A DNA stretch of 55,423 nt from a virus (lineage: Duplodnaviria > Caudoviricetes), in IMG/VR virus record IMGVR_UViG_3300025701_000014, positions 1 through 55,423 of that record; one strand, written 5' to 3'. The notes beneath the pieces are model-generated. The model did no database searches and had not been told where the DNA came from. It saw only the letters and a list, made by a program, of their open reading frames with translations. Position numbers and translations under genes: made by a program. Positions 27,001 through 35,836 of the stretch are shown one piece after another (the stretch's first letter is position 1; each line of letters begins with the position of its first letter).

Positions 27001-27440
27001 ACCCGTGGATCTTGGTACAGACCAACACCAACTGCCCCTGAGTCAAAGGCATCACGTAGCGCCCTCGCTCTAACGAACAGACCGTTATTGCCTTCTGTTG
27101 CAGATCTCTTAGAGTCTGCTTTGTACTTGTAAATGTTTGAGGGACCTCCCGGCGCAGCTAAGTTTTCCCTAATACCGGGAAGCGCTTCTGCTTCTTGCTG
27201 AGCTTTTATTGCCGCCGCTCTCTCAGCTTCTGCGGCGATACCTTCAAGCACCCCCGCTTCAACAAGAGGCTCTGTCCCTACGGTAGGCGCTGTGGCAACT
27301 GAGGGTTGCTGTACAGGCGCTTCTGCTTCTTGTATTGGGGTTACCTCAGGGGTAACACCAAGTGTCTCTACGGGTGTTTCAAAGCCCTCAGAGGGCACCG
27401 GCATACCGGGCCTCCCCTGAGCTGTAATTATCTTACCCAT
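24054..27440 (-). CDS. Second, divergent single-subunit RNA polymerase; putative virion-packaged RNAP
   Basis: Ordered motifs GFNGR, YIDGKTNG (A), RALNKYTTMTFGYG (B), VQSIDAA...IYDAF (C); last gene of the internal-virion cluster. Confidence 0.82.
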   Translation of the reverse strand: MGKIITAQGRPGMPVPSEGFETPVETLGVTPEVTPIQEAEAPVQQPSVATAPTVGTEPLVEAGVLEGIAAEAERAAAIKAQQEAEALPGIRENLAAPGGPSNIYKYKADSKRSATEGNNGLFVRARALRDAFDSGAVGVGLYQDPRVLAGSPDVQARPLVAALDLLTGTNEVGPWSAIETTQSVLDPSKVDKKLSPTFLTVASATIENTLSDYLQGIPETQDVVLKAAGEPVTEPEMALVTQVPAAKVAERVGQAISREYQRNNNATVSADLTSEQATALGAAMLSNYVKVNPDLIRESEDVVSAGDAKKPKVYQLTPEGAIVFKQADALRKKAFGKNLVSPLKTKPVNGKLVGEFKTLVRSPVKRVNTRLIDQAMRNQSTVGHIVDRTRSRVALATLLPALLSQPGSGQPVVDLFANMHNIGPKKMSALIAQEKAALAENPEQTEYSANVVLESIKTSTAQHLFGIAKERKGINYLTYYMQGFNGRTAPQQSLFDPSSSKLVRFVTRGAQPAVAKRGNRVHRNLEQMYALHLVDGGSEALPSERPAMLLRATPQLLSWGKRLQALLDEAISPEKADEIYQAIEDGVSLLDPNFPKFSGLALDPEIDGALIAAIAKAGEDGPLYIDGLLDFVKFHKAVIVDNNPAGHSSFFNAYIDGKTNGLAAWGMLMGSKAMAFMTGVLRSQDKVLLDKGDIRDQLAETLADVIDVDGIAGSESLLGDAAPHVYTVARAVFNNRALNKYTTMTFGYGRDIKSFVSDISDAMFRVNEEAALMSQEELESNNLVGYQEAFAALQSVTDNKSLSALLLPTYTTGLHEVLSNEAIQTRSILKGVAANAALADIPFTMTTATGMEISLGGSVSGKVGEVKWTEFTKGERSQRSIERYGSLRRSAAAAELVNGKPMVGVKTMNRSVVASVQSIDAATAALTFTGNTWRRLNDASRGDPYLYQIYDAFKMDANGYDIVLNDVNENWVNATMDWDFMQEIIDTNKRAELAFEETLKGLSPDSVVNVGLNEVHQMMGSLTGLEVDAYGDATPVALKRHLENVDVLNVDQSLANIQKGMRDVGYKFSTNPTQATVKQVRHFHKLLNKEMALNQRLTQLRNKVNHNKKALRSDINAAGKSVFQYYMH

Positions 27441-27442
27441 GT

Positions 27443-30400
27443 TTACTCCTTATTATATCCCCATTCATCAGCTGGTTGAGTTATATTCTCAACAAGTGTA
27501 TCACGTAGCTTTGGTAGGCTACCGAGAGGTGTTAGTTTAGCAGCAGCCTTAGCTGCCTTGGTGTAGTCACCCTCGATGAGGGAACCTGTTGCTGTCATAA
27601 GTTTATCTAAAGTACCAAGAGCTGGTGCTTCCCCAGATGTTTTATTCCAAGCCCAGTCAGCATAACCCTGAGATCGAGACTCATACATTGGTGCTATAAA
27701 ATCAATAACACGCTGGCCAGTACCGAGAAGACCAGATGAAGACACAGCCCTCCGGGCTTTCTCCATATCGTCAAGGTATGGGTTTTCTGTACCCCACTTC
27801 ATCCTATCCTTTAATTCCTGAGAGGCATACCCCATAGCAATCATGAGGACCATCATAGAAAATGCATGGTATTTCATTTGAGGACTACCACGTTTGACAT
27901 ACTCTCCCCAAAGCTTAGGGATAAATGTAGATTGGAAAACAGCAATAAAGCCTGAGAACTGAGTGAACATTGCAAACCGAGGATCATGATAGATCATAGG
28001 TCGGTTAGCAGTTGTTGGCATCATGATGGCATCATTGATAAATGCAAAGGTACCATTAGTTATTTCATTTCTCAGCTGCTCTGCCTCTACTTCTGTCAAG
28101 GGATAGTTAAACGCTTGTTTCTTAGCTAGCTCTGTAAACAACTCAACATTAATGTGCAGGTTGCGTAAGTGCTCCTCAGCTTCCTCAACAGCTTTAGTCT
28201 TGGGAGTGCTGCTATCCCACAGGTAGATTGTCTCTGCGTGGTTCAGCATATAGTCCCAAGCAATAGATGCACGGACTGCCCTTGTCATTTGGGTCCAACC
28301 TTGCAAACCGTTCCACTTAAAGAACTGAGAGATTAGGTTTTGTTTCAATGCATTGGTTTCAGTCACACCTGTTTTAGATGCAGCTCCAGCTTCTTGCTCG
28401 TTGTAACCAAGCTCTTGGATAATACGCTGACCGTTAGTTTCAGTTTTGGCTAGCTCTACCCTAGTGATTGTGGAGAATATCTCCTTACCACCATTATAGA
28501 ACATAGTCCCAAGTTCAACACCGGCTGCCTTCAAACCACCCTTACCGAATATCTGTTGGTTAGTTAATCCTTTAAACAAAAGCATAAGCTCTACGGTAGA
28601 ACTAACAGTTGCTGTACTCAAGGCTCCAAGAATCGTAAAGGTTAAGAAGTTCTTTTGGATCTTCTGTGCCAACTTACCAGCGTCTGTGGTTGCCCTCTTG
28701 TAGTTACCTGACTCAGCATCAAGGTAATCCTTCATCTTCTTAGCGATCCTAATAAGATCAGCTTCAGATACGCCCTCCGCCCTTGCCTTCTCTAGCTGTG
28801 CTGCGATAACACTACCGTTAATACCTACATACTTTTGATATGCAACAAAACGTGCAGCAGACTTAATAGCGTAGTTGACATTTGTGAAGATGTCCTGCTC
28901 TAAGAACTTATCAAATGCAGGATTCTCAGAGAGCCCCAAGGTCCTTGCCCTATGTGAGCCGGGTATTGGGGTACCGTCTGTTACCGAGAATGCCTTATCA
29001 TCAGGTAATAAACCATCGATGTCATTCTTGTTAGGGTTCTCAATAATGTTAGTTGCAATATCATTAGCCATTGCTTCAGTCATCCCGTGGGACTCACCAT
29101 ACTCTGACATTAAGGCGGTTATAAAACCAGCCCTGTCACCGGCAACAGCGTTCTTGTTAAGTGATTTAAACTTAGAGAAGTAGTTACTAATCTCACCAAC
29201 ATCACCATACTTTTGTTGTTCCTTCAACATACTATCAGACAATCGTTGTAGTCTTTCAATCTCCTTAATATAGAGTTCCCTGTTGGGCATCTCTGGTATC
29301 TTAGATGTATCGAGAACACCCTTGTCGTTAACAGCGTCCCGCCAGATATTGTAGAACTGACGGCTTAAGAGTTCCCTTTTCTTACGGCTAGGTCTGATAC
29401 CCCCATTAATGGTTGAATAAAACTCTGTTGGTTTTGTGTAGGCGTTCTCCCACTTTGCAACTAACAAGTGTTTAAAAGATTCAAAATCATTACCACTGTA
29501 TGTTGTTTGAAGACCACCACCAAACGATGCAGCTAACTTACGAATAGATGGAGAGATATTTTTCAACCGATCTAAGAATATGAAACGAGTAGATCCACGC
29601 CAGAAGCGAGTGCTTGAGACAGCCACATCAAACACGGTGTCCGCCTTTGTACGTTCGCCTTTAGGCTCTTCTTTCTCAGCAAGCTCATTAAAGATATTCT
29701 TATCAGGAGATACAGCAGCTGCCCTTCGAGCTTCCTCTAGGTTCTCATCTATTGTAGGTATGAACCCATTGTTAGTTCTCCTTTCTTCTTCGGCCCACTT
29801 ACCAGAGTCGGACAAACCACTACCGTCTGCTTCAGTACCTCCCCAAATAGCTGCCTCCCACTGGGCTTGGTTGGTCACACCACTGGCTGTCCCTAAAGAA
29901 CCACCAAGGGCAGCACCAGCCACAGCAGCTTGGGTCATACGGTTTAACGCCTCATTAAAGTCAAATGAAGAATCCTCAATGTGAGCCGCAGTATAACCAA
30001 TCAGTTCCTGAACCGCTTCAGTAGCGCCCTCAGTTACAGTACCAGCAGCACCACTCTTTAAGATATCTTTAATGGCATCACGACTTCTTAGTTGATCTTT
30101 AAGAATACGTGAAGCGTCTGTGGAGATACCTGCAAGCTGTGACTTAGACATTTGAATAACATCTTTCAGTGCAGCCTGAGTCATTCCTTCAGTGACTTCA
30201 ATCCCAAGCTCTTTAGCTTTCTTAATTGCTAATTGCTCAGCAGCAGCGTTAAGCATTTTCTGTGGGGTATCAAGCTTACCAAAACCACCAATAAGTTTAG
30301 TAACACCAAACAAATCTAAAGCACCTTGGATTGCACCACCACCAACAGCAAGTGCCCAGTTCTTAGCATTATCTGCTTGTTCGTTCCAGATAGACCCAGC

Positions 30401-31402
30401 ATACACGCTTGCAGGAACCAGTAAAGAAAGACCACCTGTATACGGGGCTGCTACCAAGGAAGCTGTTGACATAGCCATGTACGGTAATGACATACCTGCG
30501 TTATTACTTACAAACTCCCAAGCATCTCCAGCGCTATCTACATCCTGATAGTCCAAAAGAACTTGAGCACGGTTAGCCATCTCGGTACCTTTGCGGTAGA
30601 CTCCGTTTTCACCAAACTCCTTAACAGAATCAAGACCTAAAGTGTCTCCAAGCATTTCAGCAACACCGTATGAAGCCTCAGCAAAACCAACCATCGCAGC
30701 CCCTACGGAACTAGAGAAAGGATTGTACGCTTGGTTCTTTAAGTTCCTATCCTTGTGCCGGAACATAACTGTATCCGTTAAGTACTTGCTTGGGTTAGCA
30801 GCGTACTGTTGTTCGTTGAGTGCTAGTTCTTTAAACTTAGTTGCATCGTAACCCTCAGCTTCTCGTGCTGCATTAACTTGAGCGGCTAGCTCATCAAACA
30901 AAACTTGATCTTCACCTCTAGGAACAGTGTCCCCCATCCACTTAGATACTGCAATAGCTGTAAGGTCTTCCTTCGTCACCCCCTCGACAGGTTCAAACAC
31001 ACCAGACGTCAGTAGCTTTGTGATGAAGTCTTCACCTTTGTGATTGACAAGACGTCCTGTCCTGCGCCCAAATGCTGCATCAATACCAGTATCTTTAATT
31101 TCTGTATAGCCATGCTTAGTTGCAAAATCCTTAACAGCCCCTAAGGCTGCTAAACCTCCTGCGGTTCCAGTTTTCTCTACCCATTCTCCAGATCTATCTT
31201 GTACCCACTTAGCTACCTCAGGTGCATCAAATCCTTGAAGACGTACATTGGGCCCCCCATCGGAGGCCACAACAGTATCTGCATCTAACCAATCGGAAAC
31301 CACTAAGGGTTCCTCGATTGGCGCTTTTTTAATAGAGAGGTCTTGGCTAGCTTGTACTTGTTGGGCTTCTTGAAGAATCCCTTGTAATACATTATCAACC
31401 AT
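27443..31402 (-). CDS. Large internal virion (ejection) protein with N-terminal thermonuclease-like domain
   Basis: 1319 aa, helical with Gly/Ala-rich hydrophobic stretches; N-terminal DADT...VRLQGFDAPE...DAAFGR. Confidence 0.7.
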   Translation of the reverse strand: MVDNVLQGILQEAQQVQASQDLSIKKAPIEEPLVVSDWLDADTVVASDGGPNVRLQGFDAPEVAKWVQDRSGEWVEKTGTAGGLAALGAVKDFATKHGYTEIKDTGIDAAFGRRTGRLVNHKGEDFITKLLTSGVFEPVEGVTKEDLTAIAVSKWMGDTVPRGEDQVLFDELAAQVNAAREAEGYDATKFKELALNEQQYAANPSKYLTDTVMFRHKDRNLKNQAYNPFSSSVGAAMVGFAEASYGVAEMLGDTLGLDSVKEFGENGVYRKGTEMANRAQVLLDYQDVDSAGDAWEFVSNNAGMSLPYMAMSTASLVAAPYTGGLSLLVPASVYAGSIWNEQADNAKNWALAVGGGAIQGALDLFGVTKLIGGFGKLDTPQKMLNAAAEQLAIKKAKELGIEVTEGMTQAALKDVIQMSKSQLAGISTDASRILKDQLRSRDAIKDILKSGAAGTVTEGATEAVQELIGYTAAHIEDSSFDFNEALNRMTQAAVAGAALGGSLGTASGVTNQAQWEAAIWGGTEADGSGLSDSGKWAEEERRTNNGFIPTIDENLEEARRAAAVSPDKNIFNELAEKEEPKGERTKADTVFDVAVSSTRFWRGSTRFIFLDRLKNISPSIRKLAASFGGGLQTTYSGNDFESFKHLLVAKWENAYTKPTEFYSTINGGIRPSRKKRELLSRQFYNIWRDAVNDKGVLDTSKIPEMPNRELYIKEIERLQRLSDSMLKEQQKYGDVGEISNYFSKFKSLNKNAVAGDRAGFITALMSEYGESHGMTEAMANDIATNIIENPNKNDIDGLLPDDKAFSVTDGTPIPGSHRARTLGLSENPAFDKFLEQDIFTNVNYAIKSAARFVAYQKYVGINGSVIAAQLEKARAEGVSEADLIRIAKKMKDYLDAESGNYKRATTDAGKLAQKIQKNFLTFTILGALSTATVSSTVELMLLFKGLTNQQIFGKGGLKAAGVELGTMFYNGGKEIFSTITRVELAKTETNGQRIIQELGYNEQEAGAASKTGVTETNALKQNLISQFFKWNGLQGWTQMTRAVRASIAWDYMLNHAETIYLWDSSTPKTKAVEEAEEHLRNLHINVELFTELAKKQAFNYPLTEVEAEQLRNEITNGTFAFINDAIMMPTTANRPMIYHDPRFAMFTQFSGFIAVFQSTFIPKLWGEYVKRGSPQMKYHAFSMMVLMIAMGYASQELKDRMKWGTENPYLDDMEKARRAVSSSGLLGTGQRVIDFIAPMYESRSQGYADWAWNKTSGEAPALGTLDKLMTATGSLIEGDYTKAAKAAAKLTPLGSLPKLRDTLVENITQPADEWGYNKE

Positions 31403-31413
31403 GTTGTTGTCCT

Positions 31414-33708
31414 CTATGTTTGTTTATTCAATCTATCAATTGACCAAGTTAAGAATGCGTTAGATCCCTCTATGGCTTTATCTTCCCAGTTTGCTCTTTC
31501 AGCATCACTCAAGCTTCTCCAAATTATAGCAAGGTTGTTTAAAACGACCTGTTGGTCTCCTCCACGCCTTGCTCCCTTTTGGCTCAATGTATTATACAAA
31601 GTGCTTACTTGTTCGGGGTTTGGGTTTCCAGCATACAAAGTGTCCTTTAGCTGAGGAGAAATGTCTTGAGCTACAAGATCCCGAAGAACCATCTTAATTA
31701 CTTGAGGATCTTCCAGATTAACATCAGGGCTTCTTGCCCTGAGCGCTTTCATTCCATCTAAAACAGTTGGCAAAAGATCTGTCATCTGTCCGGGATCCAT
31801 CTTGTTATCAAGAGAATACTGGACCATCGCATTAGCAACAGCTGTTGGGGAGAAGGTTGGATCAAGTCTCTCATTCTTCTTTTTACCCTGAGCTGATTCC
31901 ATTTGAGATTTAACCTCCTTGAGCTGTGGTAGCAAAGTGTCCATAGCATAATTACGCATAGACTTGTAATCCTCAAATGTATTAAACTCTGAGACATCCA
32001 CGGGCTTCCCCTTTTGGTCAAGCCATTGGACAACACCTGTGTTGGCGTCTTTATACTCCCTAAGCTTAACTTGTCTTTGATCCTTATCTACAAAGACTTT
32101 AGGCAAATCCACTGGAGCCCATGCAGGCTTTAACTTAAGGTCGGCTACATCACCTGTATCTTTATATTTCTTAAGGCTATCTGGAGTATACTTTGCAGTG
32201 CCTGTCAGTTTATCTACAGTGGCTAATTTCTTTTCAATACCAGAAGCATAACGCTTAGTTACATAGTCTAAAGAACCACCATGACTATTACCCAGAAGGC
32301 GTGAACCAAGGTACATGACAGCCGCCTCAGATAACTTGTCCTTATCAATGATAGAAGACAGACCTTCCTTAAAGAAGTCCTTAACTTTGTCAAGAGCTGT
32401 TGGTGGAAGTGCTCCCTCTTTCTTTTTCCCATCGCCTTCCCCTAACAATTCCCGTTGTTGCTTTTCAGCTTCTTCAGCTATCTTAATAGCTTCATCTTCA
32501 TCTAAAGTGATTTCAGGCTTAGGTGTTTCAAGCTCAGGTTTATTAATAGTGTTCACATCAATCTCAACACGATAAGGATCAACTGGGGGCATCACCCCCT
32601 CTTCAGCAAGAGAAGGTACAGCCTGTTCTTTATCAAGGGCTTCCCTTTCTCGCCACGCCTTAGGTTTATATATATCCTTAAGACTCTCAATAATATTAGA
32701 TTGACTTGGATAACCAGCCGCCTTAGCTTCTTGACGTCTAGATAAAGCCTGTTCGGCCATTTGTTGAGCAACATTACCCATAGGTTTCAGAAGGGGGCCA
32801 TCAGGTTCTGGTATAGATATTGGTGGGTTATTAAGAGAGTCAACTGCTGTCATCCCCAATGCCTTCTTAACTATCTCTTCCTGAGAAGGAACTGAACCAA
32901 GACCAAGACTATCTAAATAATCAAAATCAACAGAGACCCCTTGACCCTTGGGGATATCTGCAGGCTCAAAATCAACAGAGAACTCTTGACCCTTGGGGAT
33001 ACCTACAGGCACTGGGACGGCTAGCTGCTCTACAATAGTTGGGTCGTTTAATACAACTGAAAGATCTTCAGCAGTAGCGCCCTTTTGTAAAGCCTCTACA
33101 ATTTTATCTTGTAGTTGATTATATGCAAAATCAGACTCAATTGCTTTGTAATCCTCTGGGCGCAGTACAGCTCCACCCTCTGCTAAATATTTATCTGATA
33201 AACTATTCAACACGAGGCCCCCAAGAATAGACCCCAGCCCGGAACCTGACTTAAGCAACTCAAGGATCATGTTCTTGTTACTATTATCATCATCTTTTTT
33301 ATAGCGATTAGAATACTCTTGCATCTCACCACCAACTTCACCACCTTCATTGTGGTATCTTTCCTTAACGCCGCCACCACATGCCCGATAGTCAGGTATG
33401 CTTCCACCCTGTGCTTTCTGAACTGCTCTGCCAACATCATTCATTTGTTCTATCTGAGGCTCAAACATCCTAGTGGCCTCTGCATTCATTACAAACTCGC
33501 CGGGTGTTAACCAAGCGGGTACAGTGTCTGTTCCTTTAGGTTCACCCGGAAAGTCAGGTACACCAGTCAGTTGGGGTATAGCAATCCCACCAAGGAACTG
33601 TTCAATAATCTTTGAGGAACGAGAGTCCCCCTGTGCAGAGTCCGTACCGAACTCAATAGACACTTGAGATCCGTGTCTATCCTTGTGCATAATTTTCTTA
33701 ATACTCAT
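31414..33708 (-). CDS. Putative internal virion protein
   Basis: Position in the cluster; GTDTVPAWLTPGEFV motif and repeated xxGGxV motifs. Confidence 0.6.
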   Translation of the reverse strand: MSIKKIMHKDRHGSQVSIEFGTDSAQGDSRSSKIIEQFLGGIAIPQLTGVPDFPGEPKGTDTVPAWLTPGEFVMNAEATRMFEPQIEQMNDVGRAVQKAQGGSIPDYRACGGGVKERYHNEGGEVGGEMQEYSNRYKKDDDNSNKNMILELLKSGSGLGSILGGLVLNSLSDKYLAEGGAVLRPEDYKAIESDFAYNQLQDKIVEALQKGATAEDLSVVLNDPTIVEQLAVPVPVGIPKGQEFSVDFEPADIPKGQGVSVDFDYLDSLGLGSVPSQEEIVKKALGMTAVDSLNNPPISIPEPDGPLLKPMGNVAQQMAEQALSRRQEAKAAGYPSQSNIIESLKDIYKPKAWREREALDKEQAVPSLAEEGVMPPVDPYRVEIDVNTINKPELETPKPEITLDEDEAIKIAEEAEKQQRELLGEGDGKKKEGALPPTALDKVKDFFKEGLSSIIDKDKLSEAAVMYLGSRLLGNSHGGSLDYVTKRYASGIEKKLATVDKLTGTAKYTPDSLKKYKDTGDVADLKLKPAWAPVDLPKVFVDKDQRQVKLREYKDANTGVVQWLDQKGKPVDVSEFNTFEDYKSMRNYAMDTLLPQLKEVKSQMESAQGKKKNERLDPTFSPTAVANAMVQYSLDNKMDPGQMTDLLPTVLDGMKALRARSPDVNLEDPQVIKMVLRDLVAQDISPQLKDTLYAGNPNPEQVSTLYNTLSQKGARRGGDQQVVLNNLAIIWRSLSDAERANWEDKAIEGSNAFLTWSIDRLNKQT
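32921..33001. repeat. 36-bp direct repeat with 45-bp period inside the CDS
   Basis: 32921-32956 versus 32966-33001 differ at 2 positions; encode IPKGQxxSVDF. Confidence 0.85.
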
Positions 33709-33722
33709 CAGAGTCTCCTTGG

Positions 33723-34622
33723 TTAATAGCTTTGCTTATACGCTTTGTCACTCTCAGCTTTTGTCATATGCTTTGCCTTGCCAGATTTAATAAGTTCATC
33801 AATCGCTGATTCAACTTCCTCGAAGCTACCCGCAGGTATTGTTGCCCCAAGCCTGTTGTTAAATTGATCCATCTCACGAGCAGGCTTATTTAATGAGAGG
33901 TACTCCCGCATGTTAGCAGCGGTCAGTGCAAGGTTTGGTGTATCTGATTGGCTTGCTAAGTAACCTAGTGCTAGGTGTCTTGCAGCATCTCCAGTTCCAT
34001 CTTCACGGGTTTCCTCTGGGTATCTTTTATCTTGTGCCTTAGCCCAGTTAAGCGACTCATCATCAATACCAACAAGGTTGGCAACAAGACTTTGGGGGCT
34101 TACAGATCCACCCTCAGCTAAGTTAATTGCTGGGGTATAATTGATATATGGATTACCAACAGTGATAGGTTCTTGACTACCGTAGACTGAGTATGGCGCT
34201 GTAGTCCGAGGTGTGTAGTGAGGCCACAACATAGATGGGTCCCAGCTTACTGTGGGTACGTCATCAACCGGACTCACCGGTACCGTTTCAACAATCGGCT
34301 CTGGGACCTTCGGTGGTTCTGGAGCAACAGCTGGTGTAATGATTGGTGCCATTCCTTCTTGATATCTAAAACCAGTATTCTTAGTTTCATACTGCGGCTC
34401 CGGGGGTGGTTCTACTGGTGGGACATCTACCGGTGCAACATCGATTGTCGGTGTTTCCTCTGGGATTATTTCAGTAGGAGTTGAAGGCCCACCCGCAGGG
34501 GGTTGCATGTATGGGGTGTACTGTGGGTAGCCGAAGTTGCTGTATCCGGAATAGTTGAAATCATTAATTGCAACAGTCCCTCCAACGCTAAGGTATTCAG
34601 CTAGTGGGTCTTCATACTTCAT
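33723..34622 (-). CDS. Putative virion protein: Pro-rich N-terminus and DAxRH...DxxNNxxG C-terminal domain (DUF6973-like)
   Basis: GDAARHLALG and REMDQFNNRLG motifs. Confidence 0.55.
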   Translation of the reverse strand: MKYEDPLAEYLSVGGTVAINDFNYSGYSNFGYPQYTPYMQPPAGGPSTPTEIIPEETPTIDVAPVDVPPVEPPPEPQYETKNTGFRYQEGMAPIITPAVAPEPPKVPEPIVETVPVSPVDDVPTVSWDPSMLWPHYTPRTTAPYSVYGSQEPITVGNPYINYTPAINLAEGGSVSPQSLVANLVGIDDESLNWAKAQDKRYPEETREDGTGDAARHLALGYLASQSDTPNLALTAANMREYLSLNKPAREMDQFNNRLGATIPAGSFEEVESAIDELIKSGKAKHMTKAESDKAYKQSY

Positions 34623-34637
34623 AGTAATCTCCTGTTA

Positions 34638-35327
34638 TTAACAATTACAAATTTCCATTGGGCCACAGTTACAAGCCTTCTTAATCTTACCACCAGTAGC
34701 GAAAGCAGAAGTTTTATCTTCTTCTTGATTAGAGAAAATTGACTTACCAACATTGTATCCCTTGTTAGTGAGGTGTTCTAAAAGGTTCTTGGGTTGTGCG
34801 ATATAAGAATCTTTAGCAGTCTCCTGCATCTGTTGGGTTAGACCAGCCATACCTTTTTGAGCACCCTCTGCAATCCTAGCGAAGATACCTTTTGATGCGG
34901 ACTCACCGATAGTTGGGGCCACCATAGTGGACGCTAGGTTAGACTTTGCAGTTTCTGTAAGTGCTCCCTTAAGTCCTTCACCAGCAAGACCACTTGCAGC
35001 ACCACTTGCAGCACCACTTGCAGCACCACTTGCAGCACCACTTGCAGCTTCAGCAGCTCCGGGTGGCATAAGGTTAGCAGTCAATGCACCCAAGGCTAAA
35101 CCCTCAGGGGTAACGCCAGACAAGTCTCCCTTACCAGCAAGGCTTCCACCAAGGGAAGAACCAGCAGCAACACCAAGAGGGCCAAGAGGGGCACCAAGAA
35201 CACCACCAACAACGCTGCCAAGGGTGCCAAATAAAGAGTTGCCACCACCCTCTTGTGGTAGTTGTGACTGAGCTATGGGGATTCTATCAAATTTCTTAAG
35301 TGGCTTTCTTTGAAGTTGACTTAACAT
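34638..35327 (-). CDS. Gly/Ala-rich putative internal virion protein with glycine zipper
   Basis: GTLGSVVGGVLGAPLGPLGVAAGSSLGG; position in the cluster. Confidence 0.6.
   Translation of the reverse strand: MLSQLQRKPLKKFDRIPIAQSQLPQEGGGNSLFGTLGSVVGGVLGAPLGPLGVAAGSSLGGSLAGKGDLSGVTPEGLALGALTANLMPPGAAEAASGAASGAASGAASGAASGLAGEGLKGALTETAKSNLASTMVAPTIGESASKGIFARIAEGAQKGMAGLTQQMQETAKDSYIAQPKNLLEHLTNKGYNVGKSIFSNQEEDKTSAFATGGKIKKACNCGPMEICNC
34989..35048. repeat. Perfect 12-bp tandem repeat x5 (ACCACTTGCAGC; encodes AASG)
   Basis: Five exact copies read directly. Confidence 0.95.
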
Positions 35328-35329
35328 AA

Positions 35330-35836
35330 TTATTTACCCCCAGATGGACCTTTAGTTGTAGACGTAGAACCCTGAGGTGCTGCACCTAAGTATCCAAAGA
35401 AGCGTTCAGCTGCAAGAGCAGGTGCGTCTAAGGTCTCTTGCTCTAAGGCCCTTGCACCCTCAGCGCTCTTACCATACTGTGCCATCGCTCTATTACGAGC
35501 CTCTAGGTCTGCTGCTTGCAGTTCCATTGCACGGTCAGCCAACCCAGCCTCACGACCACGAGCTGCACGGGCAGAACCCAGAGCGCCTTGTGATTGACCA
35601 AGGAGGGCACCTTGAGTTCCTTGCAGTTTCCGCAAGAGATTCTCTGATCCGAGACCACCTTGCATTGTTTGTAGGGCAAGCTCTTGCTGTCTACGAAGTG
35701 CTTCTTTAACGCCTTCGGTATCTGCAATAGACCCTAGAGCACCCTCTCTGTACAGTCGAGAAACATCGCCTAGTACGGGAAGGACTGCTCTTTTAATATC
35801 GGGATCGATACTTGTAGTAGTAGTTGTTGTAGCCAT
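35330..35836 (-). CDS. Putative small internal virion / DNA transfer protein
   Basis: Thr-rich termini, Ala/Gln-rich helical body, first gene of the ejection cluster. Confidence 0.55.
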   Translation of the reverse strand: MATTTTTTSIDPDIKRAVLPVLGDVSRLYREGALGSIADTEGVKEALRRQQELALQTMQGGLGSENLLRKLQGTQGALLGQSQGALGSARAARGREAGLADRAMELQAADLEARNRAMAQYGKSAEGARALEQETLDAPALAAERFFGYLGAAPQGSTSTTKGPSGGK

